A stretch of 64,000 nucleotides of DNA from Eledone cirrhosa. Taxonomy: Eukaryota. Below, one piece after another: positions 41,104 through 53,440 of this stretch. Made by a program: the position numbers and the translations under genes. Below the pieces are notes generated by a model that did not search any database, was not told where the DNA came from, and worked only from the letters and a program-made list of their open reading frames with translations. Location of the stretch: NCBI GenBank assembly GCA_964016885.1, contig OZ024742.1:264864001-264928000 (forward strand), in the 5' to 3' direction. Each line of letters opens with the position of its first letter. The first letter of the stretch is position 1.

Positions 41104-41196
41104 GCTGCTGATGGGTTCCTGTTTGTTGTAAGCTGTGATAGAGGCAAAATACTGTATGTCTCGCAGTCTGTAAAGAGAACGTTAAACTTTTCACAG
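41104..41196 (+). CDS. BMAL1: BMAL1 exon: PAS-A start
   Basis: gacag|GCT...CAG|gtatgg. Encodes [31 protein letters not shown]. Not in the ORF track. Confidence 0.96.
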
Positions 41197-42366
41197 GTAT
41201 GGTTTATTTATCGCTTATACTCTCACTCACACCCACACCATCACAATACACCCCCCATTCTACCTGGGATCACTACCACCCTACCATCTCATCACCCTGT
41301 TAAATTCCACTACATCTCTCTTACATCCGTAACATTCTTTCTTACATATATGTGTGTGTCAAGTGGTTGGTGAAAAGAAGGGCACACAGCCAGAGGAAAC
41401 CTGCTAAAGGGTTAAGAAGACTCTTCAGCTGTGTCGAAGATTTGATAACCTCCCTAGTAATGGTGATTTACATGATAAATGCACCCAGTACACTCTGTAA
41501 AAGTGGTTGGTGATAGAAATGGCATCCAAGAGTAGAAAATTTGCTAAAGTATTGGAAGTGTTATTCAGCTGTGTCAACAGACATGACAACCTCCCTAGTG
41601 TTGGTGACATGATAATATACTCTCAGTAGAGCATGAAAACTATTATAAGCGTGACACAAGCCCCCAGCCTGCTCAGGAACATACTACAGTACAGGAACAT
41701 AGGTGAAAAAGGTCCCTTGCCAAGCTGAAAGGTTAACAGCTCCACTGAGTACTGACTTGTTCTGCGGCAGCTCCTCCAATCTTATATATATAGTCTGCTG
41801 TTTATAATATTCTATTATAAATTGTGAAGGTTAAAAAGTAACGTTTGTTATTTTTTGTTTGTTTATTTGCTAGCAGAGAAAATGGATATTAAATGATGAT
41901 GATAATGATGATCTATAATCAAAGATGACTTCGTATTAAACTCATTTCTATTATCTAAAGCTCTGTGCACATTGTGAGAAACATTAAAGTGATTAGTGTA
42001 TAATCAGAGATATCCCAAAAGCTCTGGCTTTGGCACCTGTATGTAAAAATATTCACTAATCATCTTAATTATTTCTTTCCTTAAAAATATTAGTAGATAT
42101 TTTAGTTTGTGTTCTCCAAAGAACAGTGAATACTAAGCAAACAAGATTATAATGCATACATCTCTTTGAAAAGAAACAAGCTTGATAGTTAAACCGATAA
42201 AAAAAATCAACCAACCTATTCCTTTTCATCAAACAATCCCTCACATGTTGGCAAGAAATAAACTATTTCTTTTATAGCTCTTAACCATTGCACCAGCTTC
42301 AAACATATTTTTACATTGTGTGTGTGTTTTGTTTCTTTATTTAAATCTCTATGTTTCTATTTTCAG

Positions 42367-42484
42367 TCAGATCTAATTGGCCAAAGTCTGTTTGATATTC
42401 TTCACCCACGAGACATTGGCAAAATCAAAGAACAACTTAGCTCTTCAGATCTAACGCCAAGAGAACGGTTAATTGATGCAAAAA
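42367..42484 (+). CDS. BMAL1: BMAL1 exon: PAS-A
   Basis: tttcag|TCA...AAA A|gtaagt. Encodes [39 protein letters not shown]. Confidence 0.96.
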
Positions 42485-42892
42485 GTAAGTAGAATCACTT
42501 GTGTTTGGAGAGATCTTCTTTGCATCGCCATCTCTCTATAAGCATGTACACCAACCAACCGATTAGAATGTTATATAGTAATAAATCAGAAATAATAATA
42601 TTTCGATAACATAAGCAGTGTTTTCTATTCTTAAATGACTATTTTCTCAAGTGATCAGCCTAATTATTTTCTAAATACCAAGGTCAGAATTTGGTGAGCA
42701 GGAGAGTTCTTTTGAGTGATTTTAAATATCATTTATTCTTTCATTTTTATTTTATTACTGCTTTTTGTTATTGGACTGCTATGGCTGCGTTTTATTTCAA
42801 AATTTCATGTATTATTTATTTTATATAATTTGGGCTATTTTAGAAATTAAGATTATATTACAAAACATTTATGTATTCTACAAAAAATAAAA

Positions 42893-42995
42893 TAATTGTT
42901 TCTACTTTTGGCACAAGGCCAGCAATTATTCCAGTGCATTACTGGTACTTTATTTTATCGACCCCATAAGGATGAAAAGCAAAGTTAATCTTGGC
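42893..42995 (-). mobile_element. 5'-truncated SINE family A
   Basis: AATTGTTTCTACTTTTGGCACAAGGCCAGC...GGATGAAAAGCAAAGTTAA. Confidence 0.85.
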
Positions 42996-43064
42996 AATAT
43001 CTTGGTTAGATATCATAATTATTAACAAACATTTTGTGACAGACATATGTATATTATATATATA

Positions 43065-45207
43065 TCATCATCATCAACGTTTAACGTCCGTGTTCCACGC
43101 TTGCATGGGTTTGGACGGGGGTTTTCCCACTTGAGGCAAGAGTGATTGTCTTGCTCGCATAGGACTGTCTGGCAGGTTTTCTACAGTTGGATGCCCTTCC
43201 TAACACCAACCACATTTACAGTGTGGGTCTGGGAGGTTTTTACCATGTTGCCTACACGGCCACATTATAGCGTGGACTGTGTGTTTTTTTGTCGTGACAC
43301 CTACACGATCTCATTTGTTTCGGCCTGGATGGTGTGGCACCAACATAACTTTACATAGAAGTGGCGGTGTGGATGGGGTGGGGGTGGTGGGACGGGGGTG
43401 TATTTTGTTAGAGATGCCTACTGACTGTAGTAGGTTTTACTTTGTATTTAGGTAAGGCGGGTCTTCTCTATTACTGAGTACCGCCAAAGGTCTCGGTCCA
43501 GTGACATTGTCTTGGTGAGGTGTAAGTGTGTGAGGTCGGAGTTTATCAGCTCGTCCCAGGTTTTTCTGGGTCTGCCTATTCCGTGGCTACTGTCTATCTT
43601 TATTGCCCTGCACTTTGTTATACAGCTATCGTCCTTCATGCGCATCACGTGACCATACCAACGTAGCCTTCTCTCTAGTAAACAACATCTGATCCCTCTT
43701 ATTTCTAATTTTTTCCTTAGTTCGTTTATGCTTTGTCGTTCACGTATATTACTATTACACATCCAGCGGAGCATGCAAGCTTCGTTTCTCTCTAGTCTGC
43801 GTATATCCTCTGCACACAATGCCCAGGTCTCACTGCCATGCAACATTGCTGTTCGTATGCAGGCATCGTACAACCTGCCTTTCATTTTTAGGGAGAACCC
43901 TCTAGCGGCTAATAGTGGTATAAGCTCTCTGAACTTTTTCCACCCAGTTCTGACTCTAGCTACTGTACTTTCAGAGCACCCTCCCCCACTGCTGATTTTG
44001 TCACCCAGGTAACGGAAGCTGTCCACTATTTCTATAGAACCCTCTGCGCAGTTGAAAGAGCTAGTATTCTGTGGGCACTTGCTGCTACTTATTGCCCCAG
44101 AACACCGGCCACATGTAAAATCTATGTTCTTAGTTAGCTTACCTGTGATCCCACTACATCTTTTATGCACCCAAACTTTGCATTTGGGACACAAAATGGA
44201 ATTTCTACCTACGCCTTTCCTACACTCTGCGCATGGCCACTTCCCGGAGGGGACCGCCGCCTTATTTTCTTTCTTACAAACTAGAACTTTAGTCTTAGCC
44301 AGGTTAATTTTAAGGCCTTTTGATTCTAGGCTGTGCTTCCATGTTTGGAATTTCTTCTCTAGCTCGGCCATTGATTCAGCTATGAGCGTTAGATCATCTG
44401 CGTATAGGAGTTCCCATGGGCAGCCGGTCTTGAACTCCACTGTTATAGCCTGGAGAGCGATAATAAATAGTAGGGGGCTAAGAACAGAGCCCTGATGAAC
44501 ACCAACTTTTACACTAAACTCTTCACTATATTTGTTGTTAATTCTAACCTTGCTGACTGTTTCTTTATACATGGCTTGTATAGCTCTCACAAGCCATTCA
44601 TCAACACCTAGTTTTCTAAGAGCCCACCAGATAATGGAACGGGGGACTCTGTTGAAGGCCTTCTCCAAGTCGACGAAAGCTAAGTATAGGGGTTTACTTT
44701 TAGCTAGGTACTTCTCCTGTAGTTGTCGTACAATGAAAAGAGCGTCTGTGGTACTTTTTCCTGACACAAACCCGAACTGCATTTCATCTAGATCAATTCG
44801 CTCTCTGATTAGTTGCGCTATTACTTTTTTCGTGACCTTCATGACCTGGTCGATTAATTTAATGCCTCTATAGTTACTCCTATCTAGGGCATCTCCTTTA
44901 CCTTTATAACAGTTAACGATGATGCTGCTACGCCAGTCCTTCGGAACAAACCCATTCTGTATGACTTGGTTGACTATCCGGGTGACCATGGTGTGTCCCA
45001 CTGTACCAGATGCCTTCAGCATCTCGGCAACTATATCCGAAGGCCCAGCCGCCTTGCCTGTCTTCATATCTTTGATTGCCTTACTTATTATACTACCCTC
45101 GACTAACACTGCTGGTCCCTCTATTGCCTCAAGTGGGAAAACCCCCGTCCAAACCCATGCAAGCGTGCAACCGGACGTTAAACGTTGATGATGATGATGA
45201 TGATGAT
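43065..45207 (-). mobile_element. Young 5'-truncated RTE (subfamily 2), open RT-PHD-thumb frame, with a second inverted 3' tail at its 5' junction
   Basis: Uninterrupted frame from ~45125 to 43448 (YADD, C4HC3). 45124-45207 is the reverse complement of 43065-43140. Confidence 0.93.
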
Positions 45208-45208
45208 A

Positions 45209-45242
<34 letters not shown>

Positions 45243-45327
45243 AGAGATGCTGTGCTGAATAAGACCCGTCCCACCCTTGCAAGCAGGGAAAAGCGGACGT
45301 AAAATGATGATGATGATGATGATGATA

Positions 45328-45423
<96 letters not shown>

Positions 45424-45473
45424 CTGTATATATATATATATATATATATATACTGTATATATATATATATACT

Positions 45474-45510
<37 letters not shown>

Positions 45511-45513
<3 letters not shown>

Positions 45514-46120
45514 GGGTTACATGACAGTTAGTTCACCATACCGAGAACAATTGTTTCACCTTAGCGGATCCTCATGGGCATGGTTATAGGAAGGACAACT
45601 GTACGAACGCGCATGCGCAGAAACCCGATCACTTCACACATGCAATACTAGAATGCGTGCGAGTGGTGTAAGGGAGATAACTGCGAAAGTCCAAAAAGTT
45701 TTTAGTTGAAAAATAAGATTACAAAGTATCAGTCCAGAGCCTTGTAGTTATGTAATAGATGTTTGGTGACGTGTGGACAACGTGTGAAAAATTCATTTCT
45801 CGTGTTTAGGCAATCACTATTGCATAATCTCGTTATTCGTTCGTCAATACATAAGACACACGTTGGATTTCCCCTTGCGTATGGCTTGGACTTAGTGATG
45901 GCTTTCCATTGAATGGAGTAGTCTATACTTGAGTCCTTGAGGGACCATACGTGGCTCGCGAGTTTCGTGGATGAACGTCTGTCCGGGTACCTGAAGGTAT
46001 ACTGGTGGTTCAGGAAATGTTCCTTAAATCGGCCCTCCGCCATGCCCACATGTGGTTCGTTTGGTCGGTTGGAAGTGACCACAGCTTCGTAAATTACAGC
46101 TGGTATGTTGCATTGCTGTT
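45511..46120 (-). mobile_element. Penelope-like element 3' relic (GIY-YIG endonuclease + terminal region)
   Basis: VIYEAVVT...HVGMAEGRFKEHFLNH...STKLASHVWSLK...CVLCIDE...LNTRNEFFTRCPH. Degenerate hammerhead downstream; (TA)n flanks. Confidence 0.8.
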
Positions 46121-46225
46121 GATAAATATATATATATATATAAGTTATTCCGGGTTCAATTGGGGGTAACCACAGTAAGTAAGGTACTCAATACATAGCA
46201 GAGTATAAATGTTTAATATAGAAAT

Positions 46226-46274
46226 GCTTCTACAGGAGTAGAACTGTTTCATTCATGAGAAATCATCAGGAAGC
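46226..46274 (-). ncRNA. Type I hammerhead ribozyme motif
   Basis: Minus strand: GCUUC CUGAUGA UUUC-UCAU-GAAU GAAA CAG-UUCUACUC-CUG UA GAAGC. Intact core, three stems, GUA cleavage triplet. Confidence 0.75.
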
Positions 46275-46529
46275 TGACTGTCCTAGTAGATATGGTGGTA
46301 TTTATATCTTTTCTGGTAGTAGGAGAGGGTGGGAATTGGGATGGGTGGAGGTCATTGGTTGTTGGGTTTAAAGAAAAAGGAATTCTTTAAAAGCTAATTC
46401 TTTAAAGCTATAATTTATATTTAGAGTGACAAAGGCAGAAAGATTCCTATAAACAGATTCAAGTTTGAGGTGCTTCGCCTTATTGTTAAGTTTCTCTTAA
46501 GTTATACTACAGGTGTCTACAAGCACATT

Positions 46530-46581
<52 letters not shown>

Positions 46582-46740
46582 CATACATATATATATACAT
46601 ATATATACATATATATATACACACATACACACATATACATACACATACATACATAAATACACACACACATACACATACACACATATATATATAAACACAA
46701 ACACACACACACACATATATATATATACATACACATACAT

Positions 46741-46807
<67 letters not shown>

Positions 46808-46821
46808 GATATATATACATA

Positions 46822-48092
46822 CAGGATGCGGACGATATTTGTTCACGAGATTACTGTTTAGGAAGTAGTTTTATTTTTTAAGATATATTTATCAAACTTG
46901 GGTCAGTTCAACTTCATGACTTCTTCTTTTGATCTTACTCGATAAATCCACCATTGGCTTTGAGGACGGCCTCAAGGCGGCCTCGGAACCGGCTACTGGT
47001 CTTCGTCACTGTCCCTCAACTTAGGCCCCTAAAGGCAGTTGTGATCTTGGCCTTCAGATCGTCTTTCGTATTGCAGCTAGATCTGTTGGTGTCTCGTTCC
47101 ACTGCACCCCACACAAAGAAGTCGAGGGGTTGCAGTCAGGCGAGCTGGGAGGCCAAATGTCAGGTGAAGTGTAGTCAACAAAGTTCTCTGACAGCCAGGC
47201 TTGGGTCTTTCGGCTGGTATGGCAGGGCGCTGAGTCTTGCTGCCACGCGTACGGCCTACCTGCAGCTATCTGGTGGATCCAGGGCTTTACTACATCGCTC
47301 AGAATGTGGATGTAGCCATCGCTGTTCAGCTTGAGGCCCTCAGGGAAGAAGTGAGGTGGCAATACATCACCTTGACTGCTGATGACACTTAAGACCAATG
47401 TTGTCGCTGGAAACTTTGTCTGCATGACTCTGGGCACGTCTTTGGATGAGACAGCGAGCCACCTGTTGTTCTGGGAGTTGATCTTCTTGTCTTGGCAGAA
47501 GTTTTTCTCGTTGGAGAAAATCCACAGCATGTCTGGCTCCAGTGGGTGTTTCAACTTGTTGATCAGCTTCTTTGCATGCTTCAGTCGCTTTTCTTGCATC
47601 GCCTTTGACAGGAATTGTCCTTTCCTCATCTTGTATGAAACGTAGCGAATGTCTTCATGTACCACCAGCCTAATGAGCTTTTCATCCACGCCTTTCTCCC
47701 TTGTAATGGCACGCATCGACTTGCTAGGTTCAGCGACGAACTCGGGCGTTCTGAAGGTGTCAGATCGTCGATCAGGTGTTTTCCTCTCTGATATTGCTTC
47801 GTAGTCGAATCCTGAATCTTCCAATTCTTTTCTGACCTTTTCCACCATTCTTCTGCTGACGCTGAGAAAATCTGAAATTTCCTTATTTGTCCTCCCGGCG
47901 CGGATTCCAAGAAGAACTCTGTGTCTCTTCCACAAATTTGGAGGTTCAAAATTATTCATAATCAATTATTCTGAAAATAAATGATGGAAATATAGTCACT
48001 GTTTTTATGAAGACAAGAGTGACAACGGAAGTAAAAAAAAATTGCATAAAATTACCAGTTGAAAATTGCGAACAAATATCGTCCACACCCTG
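46822..48092 (-). mobile_element. Tc1/mariner DNA transposon, DD37D (maT-like), inactivated
   Basis: ~25 bp TIRs CAGG(A/G)TG(C/T)GGACGATATTTGTTC with TA on both sides. Transposase 47965 to ~46935 with FSNEKNF, QQDSAPCH and WPPSSPDCNP-(1 bp deletion)-DFFVWG, giving 37 aa D-to-D spacing once repaired. Confidence 0.92.
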
Positions 48093-48096
48093 TACA

Positions 48097-48338
48097 TATA
48101 TTCTCATAATCAAAATATATACTTTATTATATATATTTCAGAGGTACTGTGTTGTTTTTTCAGTACATCCTCATCAGACAAAATATATGATTTGATAAAT
48201 GACATACCGCTATGGTCTTGATTGTTTAATTCCCGTATCTGCCAATACTGGAATTGTACAATCAAGACGTACTGAAAAAAACAACACAGTATCTCTGAAA
48301 TATATATAATAAAGTATATATTTTGATTATGAGAATAT
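48097..48338. repeat. ~70 bp inverted repeats with a minus-strand hammerhead motif (~48117-48188)
   Basis: ATATTCTCATAATCAAAATATATAC...CAGTAC pairs with GTACTG...GATTATGAGAATAT. Minus strand: UUUUGU CUGAUGA GGAUGUACUG...CAGUACCUCU GAAA UAUAUA UA AUAAAG. Confidence 0.75.
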
Positions 48339-48547
48339 TTTTCATTTGTTAATATTTTGAATAATATTAAAAACTCCAGGGAAACTTTACGGTTGAGTGC
48401 TTCTAATCTATTGTAAAATTGAGTATTCAACGAACCATACTAATATTTGGTTATACATAAATATATATATATATATATATACACATATATACATATATAT
48501 ACATATATATACACACACATACATTATGTATATATATATATATATAC

Positions 48548-49784
48548 TAGTTTGTAGGAAAGAAAACAAGGCGGCGGTCCCTTCTGGGAAATGGTCGTGC
48601 TCGGTGTGTAGGAAAGGCGTAGGTAGAAACTCCATTTTATGTCCTAAATGCAAAGTATGGGTGCATAAAAGATGTAGTGGGATCACAGGTAAGCTAACTA
48701 AGAACATAGATTTTACATGTGGCCGGTGCTCTGGTGCAATAAGTAGCAGCAAGTGCCCACAAACTACTAGCTCTTTCAATTGCGCAGAGGGTTCTATAGA
48801 AATAGTGGACAGCTTCCGTTACCTGGGCGATAAAATCAGCAGTGGGGGAGGGTGCTCTGAAAGTACTGTAGCTAGAGTCAGAACTGGTTGGAAAAAGTTC
48901 AGAGAGCTTATACCACTATTAGCTGCTAAAGGGTTCTCACTAAAAATGAAAGGCAGGTTGTACGATGCCTGCATACGAACAGCAATGCTGCATGGCAGTG
49001 AGACCTGGGCATTGTGTGCAGAGGATATACGCAGACTAGAGAGGAACGAAGCTTGCATGCTCCGCTGGATGTGTAACAGTAATATACGTGAACGGCAAAG
49101 CATAAACGAACTAAGGAAAAAATTAGAGATAAGAGGGATCAGATGTTGTTTACTCGAGAGAAGGCTACGTTGGTATGGACACGTGATGCGCATGAAAGTC
49201 GATAGCTGTATAACAAAGTGCAGGGCAATAAAGATAGACGGTAGTCACGGAATAGGCAGACCTAGAAAAACCTGGGACGAGCTGATAAACTCCGACATCA
49301 CACACTTACACCTCTCCAAGACAATGTCACTGGACCGAGACCTTTGGCGGTACTCAGTAACAGAGAAGACCCGCCTTACCTAAATATATAGTAAAACCTA
49401 CTCCAGCCAGTAGGCATCTCTAACAAAATACACCCCGACCCACCACCCCCGCCCCCACCCCATCCACACCACCCCGTTCTATGTAAAGTTATGTTGGTGC
49501 CGCGCCATCGAGGCCGAAACAAATGAGATCGTGTAGGTGTCACGACAAAATAACACACAGTCCACGCTGTAATGTGGCCGTGTAGGCAACACGGTAAAAA
49601 CCTCCCAGACCCACACTGTAAATGTGGTTGGTGTTAGGAAGGGCATCCAACTGTAGAAAACCTGCCAGACAGTCCTATGCGAGCAAGACAATCACTCTTG
49701 CCTCAAGTGGGAGTACCCCCGTCCAAACCCATGCAAGCGTGGAACACGGACGTTAAACGATGATGATGATGATGATGATGATGA
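48548..49784 (+). mobile_element. Young 5'-truncated RTE (subfamily 2)
   Basis: Begins directly after (TA)n. Open frame LVCRKENKAAVPSGKW...EKTRLT; (GAT)n tail. Confidence 0.93.
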
Positions 49785-49839
49785 TATATAAAAACTTTTT
49801 ACTCCCACACAATCGCCAAAAAACACACTCTTATACCCA

Positions 49840-50088
49840 TATATGTACACACACACACACACACACACATATATACACATATACACACACACACACACAT
49901 ATATACACATATACACACACACACACACATATACACATATACACACACACACACACATATATACACATATACACACACACACACACATATATACACATAT
50001 ACACACACACACACACATATATACACATATACACACACACACACACATATATACACATATACACACACACACACACATATACACATAT

Positions 50089-50151
<63 letters not shown>

Positions 50152-50238
50152 CGTACACACACAAACATATATATATATATACATATACATATACATATGT
50201 ACATATACACACATACATATATATATACACATATATAC

Positions 50239-50281
<43 letters not shown>

Positions 50282-50288
50282 AACATAT

Positions 50289-50320
<32 letters not shown>

Positions 50321-50552
50321 GTATATATACACACATATATTGTATATTATATGAATATGTATATATATATGTATGTGTGTATTGTATGCATGCATGTGCA
50401 TGTATGTGTATATATGTATGTTTGTGTGTATATATATATGTATATATGTGTGTATGTATATGTATATATATATATATATATATGTGTGTATGTATATATA
50501 TATATATATATATATGTGTGTATGTATATATATATATATATATATATGTGTG

Positions 50553-50602
<50 letters not shown>

Positions 50603-50836
50603 CATACACACATATATACATATATATATACACACAAACATACATATATACACATACATGCACATGCATGCATACAATGTTGATTTAAAACTGCACTATC
50701 CACAAGTGTTTTTTAGCCTTCATATCATGTCCTCCTGTTTTATCTGATGAAAACACAAATATTATTGCATGATGATGTTTGTTTTTGAAATGCGCATAAT
50801 AAAATACATGGAACTCCTTTAACCATCTTTTGATCT

Positions 50837-50876
<40 letters not shown>

Positions 50877-51180
50877 AGAATAGAAATGGCTGTGTAGTTG
50901 CTATTTAAGGTAACTTAAAATGCAGTGGGAATACGAAGAAAGCAAGAACAGGGGGATCCTCATCAGTTGTCTACTGGGGGTCTAGGATATTTCTACGCTT
51001 TAAAGACAAGATACCACTTCACCCCAGGGCGTCAATAACTGGATAAGTTATTGGGAAAACGAAGGAAGGGGGAAAGGGAAGCAAAGGGGAAGAAAAGAGA
51101 AACAGTAATGTGTGTATGTATGCATATATGCATGTATATTTGTATATATATGTATATGGGTATATGTATATGTGTGTGTG

Positions 51181-51211
<31 letters not shown>

Positions 51212-51418
51212 GTGTATGTGTGTGTGTATATATATATATATACATATATGTTTTTATATATGTATGTGTGTGTATATGCATATATATATGTATATATATA
51301 TGTGTGTGTATGTATGTGTATATATATATATATGTGTGTGTGTTTGTGTGTATATATATATATATATGTGTGTGTGTATGTATGTGTATGTATGTATGTG
51401 TATGTATATGTGTGTATA
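49840..51418. repeat. Compound (CA)n/(TA)n/(TG)n microsatellite fields
   Basis: Low-complexity alternating purine-pyrimidine sequence; source of the H/T/Y/I/C/V pseudo-ORFs. Includes a more complex stretch at ~50680-51100. Confidence 0.9.
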
Positions 51419-52812
51419 TCTATACTATAAAGATGACGGCCATATGTATGTAACAAACTTTTCGCCAAACGGCTGGACCCAAAAGCTCCAAATTTGCACC
51501 ATACATGTAACTTTTTCCAAGTAAGAAAGTGAGGGTATTTTTGTCTTCTAAAATTCGTTAAAAGATTAAAGATATTTTATCGTTTATTTAAATATTCACT
51601 TCTTTAAAATTTTCAAATGTCAATACTTTCGGTTATACGGCATTCCTCTTTTTCTTAGTCTGTCATTTTAGATAGATACATAGCTATAACGTCGCGCCCT
51701 TATAATATGTCTCTGTATGTCTGGCTGTCTGCATTAGATACATAGCTATAACGTCGCACGCTTATAATATCTGTCTGCCTGACTGCCTGTCTGCATTGAC
51801 TTTGCTTCTAACCAACTTTTAATTAATTCAGTGCAAAGATACCGCACACCCTCTCAATAATTAATTATATATATATGGGCTCGATAAGGATAAATATATA
51901 TCAAATATATAAGGAGACCAGAGCAAATATTGTTCTCATTGTTGACCGTCTTCACGAACCAAAGTATCATCTTCCTCTTTTCCTTCGGTTGCAATGTTTT
52001 TCGAAATAGTTACTTCTGCGTTCACAGATTGATTTTTATAGTTTCAGAAGATCCCGTTAAGGGTGAAAGCAGCGATTCTTTGCTTAAACTTTAATCTGTT
52101 ATTTTAATATATATATATAATTATATATTCGTGTACAAATATTTTTGCATACACAAAAATAAAATATAAAAAAATGTAATTATTTCACAAAAGCACAGAC
52201 GGCTTATCATCATTGTTATGGCCGATATGCCACCCAAAACGTCCCAGCCTAGCCGCAAGATCAGATTTTACATGAGAAAAATTGTTATTAGAGCAACAGA
52301 GAGACTCAGCTTCACAATTGCCATCAACAAAGCTCAGGGTCAAACCCTAAAAGTGGCTGGCCTTCATCTGGGAAAACCATGCTTCTCCCATGGTCAATTG
52401 TATGTATGATGCTCTAGGGTGAGCTCGCCAAACAATCTCTTCACCTTTGCTCCAGAGAGCCGAACAAAAAATATTGTATACTCTGAGGCTCTATCAATGT
52501 AATTTATGTATTTTCTGTTACTTGGAATTTCCATTATGGTTGTACAAATTATTGTAAAGTTTGGTAAAAAATGTGTTCTCTGTTCAGCCTTTATTGTTGT
52601 AACTATCAATTTTCTTTAACGTACTGGCTGCTGAACTGGGGAATCCTAAAAACTATTCAAACCCAACATCAGAGCACGTTAACCCCCCCCCCCCCCCTCG
52701 CTTACTTGAGAGGGCATGCGGAATCTTTGCATGCACTGAAGTGGAGGGGGGATTCCTGAAAAGATAAAATGCCGGTATACCTAGCCGGGCGCCAGCCGGA
52801 CGGGCCAGATAG
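51419..52812 (+). mobile_element. Internally deleted Helitron with PIF1-like helicase C-terminal relic
   Basis: 5' A|TCTATACTATAAAG; INKAQGQTLKVAGLHLGKPCFSHGQLYV*CSRV...TKNIVYSEAL; GC-rich subterminal CCGG...CCGG segment ending AGATAG|T (degenerate CTAG). Confidence 0.8.
52040..52090 (+). ncRNA. Hammerhead-like motif with a U4A core change, in a probable Penelope-like relic nested in the Helitron
   Basis: AGUUU CAGAAGA UCCC-GUUAA-GGGU GAAA GCA-GCGAUUCUU-UGC UU AAACU. Confidence 0.6.
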
Positions 52813-53034
52813 TGTGAATATAAGTGTGTATATATATATGTATATATATATGTATATATATATATATATGTATATGTATATATGTATATGTGTGTGTATG
52901 TGTGTATATATATGTGTGTATATATATGTGTGTATATGTGTTTGAATGTGTATATATATATATGTGTGTATATATATGTGTGTATGTATGTGTGTGTGTA
53001 TGTGTGTGTGTGTATATATATAGATATATATGAC

Positions 53035-53172
53035 GAAGTGGCAGTATTGGTGGAGGGTCGGACGCCATGCTTTGCAGCATAGAGTTACGCCCCTTGACGG
53101 TCTGAGTTCAAATCACGCTGAGGTTAACTTTGCCTCTCATCCTTACGGGGTCGATAAAACAAATCACCAGTA
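53035..53172 (+). mobile_element. SINE family A, 3'-truncated
   Basis: GGCAGTATTGGTGGAGGGTCGGACGCCATG...GGGGTCGATAAAAC. Confidence 0.85.
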
Positions 53173-53440
53173 AAGCTGAAGAGCTCTGTAAGAACTAATT
53201 TAGGATGTAAATACTTGCAAATAATATAAAATTCTACCTTCATGTAATATCAGAAATATTTGAGGGGGTGAGCATTTGTTCTAGATAAATATACTAGTTA
53301 CTTTATATAAGTTAGCTGCCAGCAACACAGAGAATGAGAATATCCTTCAAATTCCATGAAAAAGCAAAAGCTCTTCCCCATATCCCATGAAGAAGGGTCA
53401 TCTTTCTGCCATACTTATATATTTACTGTCCTAATTACAG

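Noticed and set aside
45127-45274. N-terminal extension of the 608 aa ORF
   Set aside because: Chance read-through across an inverted tail and microsatellites; not part of the RTE protein.
49692-51524. Long ORFs rich in H/T/Y/I/C/V (also at 14343, 26700-28345, 46470)
   Set aside because: Translations of dinucleotide microsatellites or minisatellites that lack stop codons; no domain content.
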